In this document: positions 62,821 to 64,000 of the stretch, piece by piece
Layout of the letters: each line of letters begins with the position of its first letter
Position numbering within the stretch: the stretch's first letter is position 1
NCBI GenBank assembly: GCA_016783825.1
Contig: JADHVV010000002.1
Span: 3,259 to 67,258 of the forward strand
From: Candidatus Zhuqueibacterota bacterium
GTDB lineage: Bacteria; Zhuqueibacterota; Zhuqueibacteria; Thermofontimicrobiales; Thermofontimicrobiaceae
Length of the DNA stretch: 64,000 bases
Direction: 5' to 3'
Made by a program: the position numbers and the translations under genes
The notes under the pieces: model-generated
The model's database searches: none
Told to the model about the DNA's origin: nothing
What the model saw: the letters and a program-made list of their open reading frames with translations, nothing else

Positions 62821-62935
62821 CGCGCTAAAGCGCAGGCGAAGGCAGAGGCAAAGGCGAAGGAAGATAAGAAAATCCCTAATCCCTGTTGCTTTAATCTTTT
62901 ACCTTACTTCGCCTTAGCCTTCGCCTCAGCCTTTT
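62821..62935. repeat. aggcgaagg-type palindromic element directly upstream of the ntpA RBS
   Basis: gcaggcgaaggcagaggcaaaggcgaagg ... ccttacttcgccttagccttcgcctcagcc. Homologous to 42417-42500, including the central aatc(c)tttaatctttta segment. Confidence 0.7.
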
Positions 62936-62989
62936 CAATGTAATAGTCATTAAACTTGGTTAATAATACTTTTGCGAAATAACAAATAT

Positions 62990-63487
62990 TTAAATTGTAA
63001 CACTATAGAGCTTTTGAAATTTTTCCATTCCTGCTTCTTTATTAAAAGCGAAGTACCTGCTCAATAATTGTAGTTTTAAAAAATATAAAATAAGAAATCC
63101 AATGTCAAAATGATGTTCACGTTCCATCTCATCGATGAACGTCCACTGTTTTTCCATCAGCCGAATTTCGATCTCAAGGGGATCCCCATCTTTCAACATT
63201 GAAACGGGAAAACCGGTAGGCTTAAAATCCAGGTCCCGGCGCTGCGCATCACGCCAGAGTCCGATGTCAGATCGCATTTGAGATTCAAAATCGTTATATT
63301 GTTTCAGCACGTGATCTTTGGTTTTGCTGTCTGACAAATTTGCTTTGCTGATTCTCGAAAGCGAAGTCAAATCTTTTTCACTTACCCACTTTTGCGCTTC
63401 ATCCAAAAATTTTGTGATACTCATATCTGTTTCTTTGCCAAAAACTAATGTCGGCAATTGGGAAACAAAATAGTAATATTTATCCAT
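62990..63487 (-). CDS. DUF2764-family protein (C-subunit-position protein of Bacteroidetes-type V-ATPase operons)
   Basis: 165 aa. MDKYYYFVSQLPTLVFG is the N-terminus characteristic of DUF2764. Position between ntpE and ntpA. Confidence 0.7.
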   Translation of the reverse strand: MDKYYYFVSQLPTLVFGKETDMSITKFLDEAQKWVSEKDLTSLSRISKANLSDSKTKDHVLKQYNDFESQMRSDIGLWRDAQRRDLDFKPTGFPVSMLKDGDPLEIEIRLMEKQWTFIDEMEREHHFDIGFLILYFLKLQLLSRYFAFNKEAGMEKFQKLYSVTI

Positions 63488-64000
63488 TCTGTTTCTCCAG
63501 AATTTCTTTCAACCGCGGATTGATCAATGATTTCAAAACCTCGGCAATTGCAGCATCCGAAAAATCATAATAAACCTGCTCCCCTTTTAAGCCAATGCGA
63601 AACCCGTTGCTCACATCCGGACTGACCTTGATGGTTACGGAGTCCTGTAACTCTTTTTTCAATCCACTGAATAATAAATTTTCCAGTTCCTGTTTATCCT
63701 TCTCGTTAAGGACAATTTCAGTGTCCCCGTTTTTTGCCCAATTATCTAAAATATTCGTAACCAACTCATTCAAAAAATTTGGTCTCAAAACAGCCGCCAC
63801 TTCTTTTTTGAATACATTATCGAACAGCCCGTCAATTTTTTCCTTTAACAAAAGTTCGGCATTTCGGACGGCTTGCCGCAAATCTGCTATGGCATTCTGT
63901 TGAAATTGATCTGCCTGCCGCTTTCCATCTTCCACTATTTTTGCGGACTCTTTTTTTGCGTCATCCAAAACAGTTACTGCCTGTTTTTTAGCGTCACTAA
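63480..64000 (-). CDS. ntpE: V-type ATPase subunit E (5-prime partial; runs off the window)
   Basis: Lys/Ala/Glu-rich helical N-terminus and a globular C-terminal part (FRIGLKGEQVYYDFSD). The frame stays open from the listed TTG (63968) to nt 64000 (..SDAKKQAVTVL), so the true start is outside the window. Confidence 0.75.
   Translation of the reverse strand, partial: SDAKKQAVTVLDDAKKESAKIVEDGKRQADQFQQNAIADLRQAVRNAELLLKEKIDGLFDNVFKKEVAAVLRPNFLNELVTNILDNWAKNGDTEIVLNEKDKQELENLLFSGLKKELQDSVTIKVSPDVSNGFRIGLKGEQVYYDFSDAAIAEVLKSLINPRLKEILEKQNG

Noticed and set aside
1-64000. Search for tRNA, rRNA and integrase/transposase genes.
   Set aside because: No GTTCGAATC-type T-arms with matching acceptor stems were found outside coding sequence. 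No rRNA-like stretches and no recombinase or transposase ORFs were recognised.

Overview
This is an AT-rich bacterial window. The T9SS-type C-terminal sorting domains and the E-DUF2764-A-B-D-I-K V-ATPase gene order suggest an uncultured FCB-superphylum-like organism, but that is inference only.

Left to right:
- **nt 1-12,500, accessory/defence-like region.** It holds a 1733-aa gene fusing a BrxC/PglY-like P-loop ATPase to a C-terminal PglZ domain, a TPR protein, an intact ParE-type TA pair, two TA pseudogene remnants, and a 1262-aa SNF2 helicase that appears to have lost its motif-IV segment in frame.
- **Housekeeping block with rearrangement scars.** putP, an oxidoreductase remnant, a cytidine-deaminase-like gene, a Phd/ParE pair, and carB-carA.
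- **Secreted proteins.** One hydrolase and two paralogous T9SS-tailed proteins, one carrying three cohesin-like modules.
- **Split AddB-like/AddA-like pair.** The two genes are separated by a 2.9-kb insertion carrying a nested MITE and two AlbA_2/Schlafen-type genes.
- **Long leader and reduced dcw cluster.** A 1.4-kb ORF-free region with a strong promoter and MraZ-box-like repeats precedes mraZ-rsmH-ftsL-ftsI-murF-mraY-ftsW-orf-ftsQ-ftsA-ftsZ. murE, murD, murG, murC and ddl are absent from the cluster.
- **Radical-SAM gene and hicBA.**
- **V-type ATPase operon interrupted twice.** One insert is a DUF433/PIN-like TA pair; the other is RhuM plus an unknown 291-aa protein. Each insert is bounded by a duplicated copy of the operon junction it split.

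Several families of palindromic MITE/REP-like repeats occupy most intergenic sites. No rRNA, tRNA or CRISPR array was found.

The best candidate for a new system is the methyltransferase-less BrxC/PglY-PglZ fusion locus at the left edge. All family assignments rest on motifs read by eye and recalled family signatures; no database search was run.
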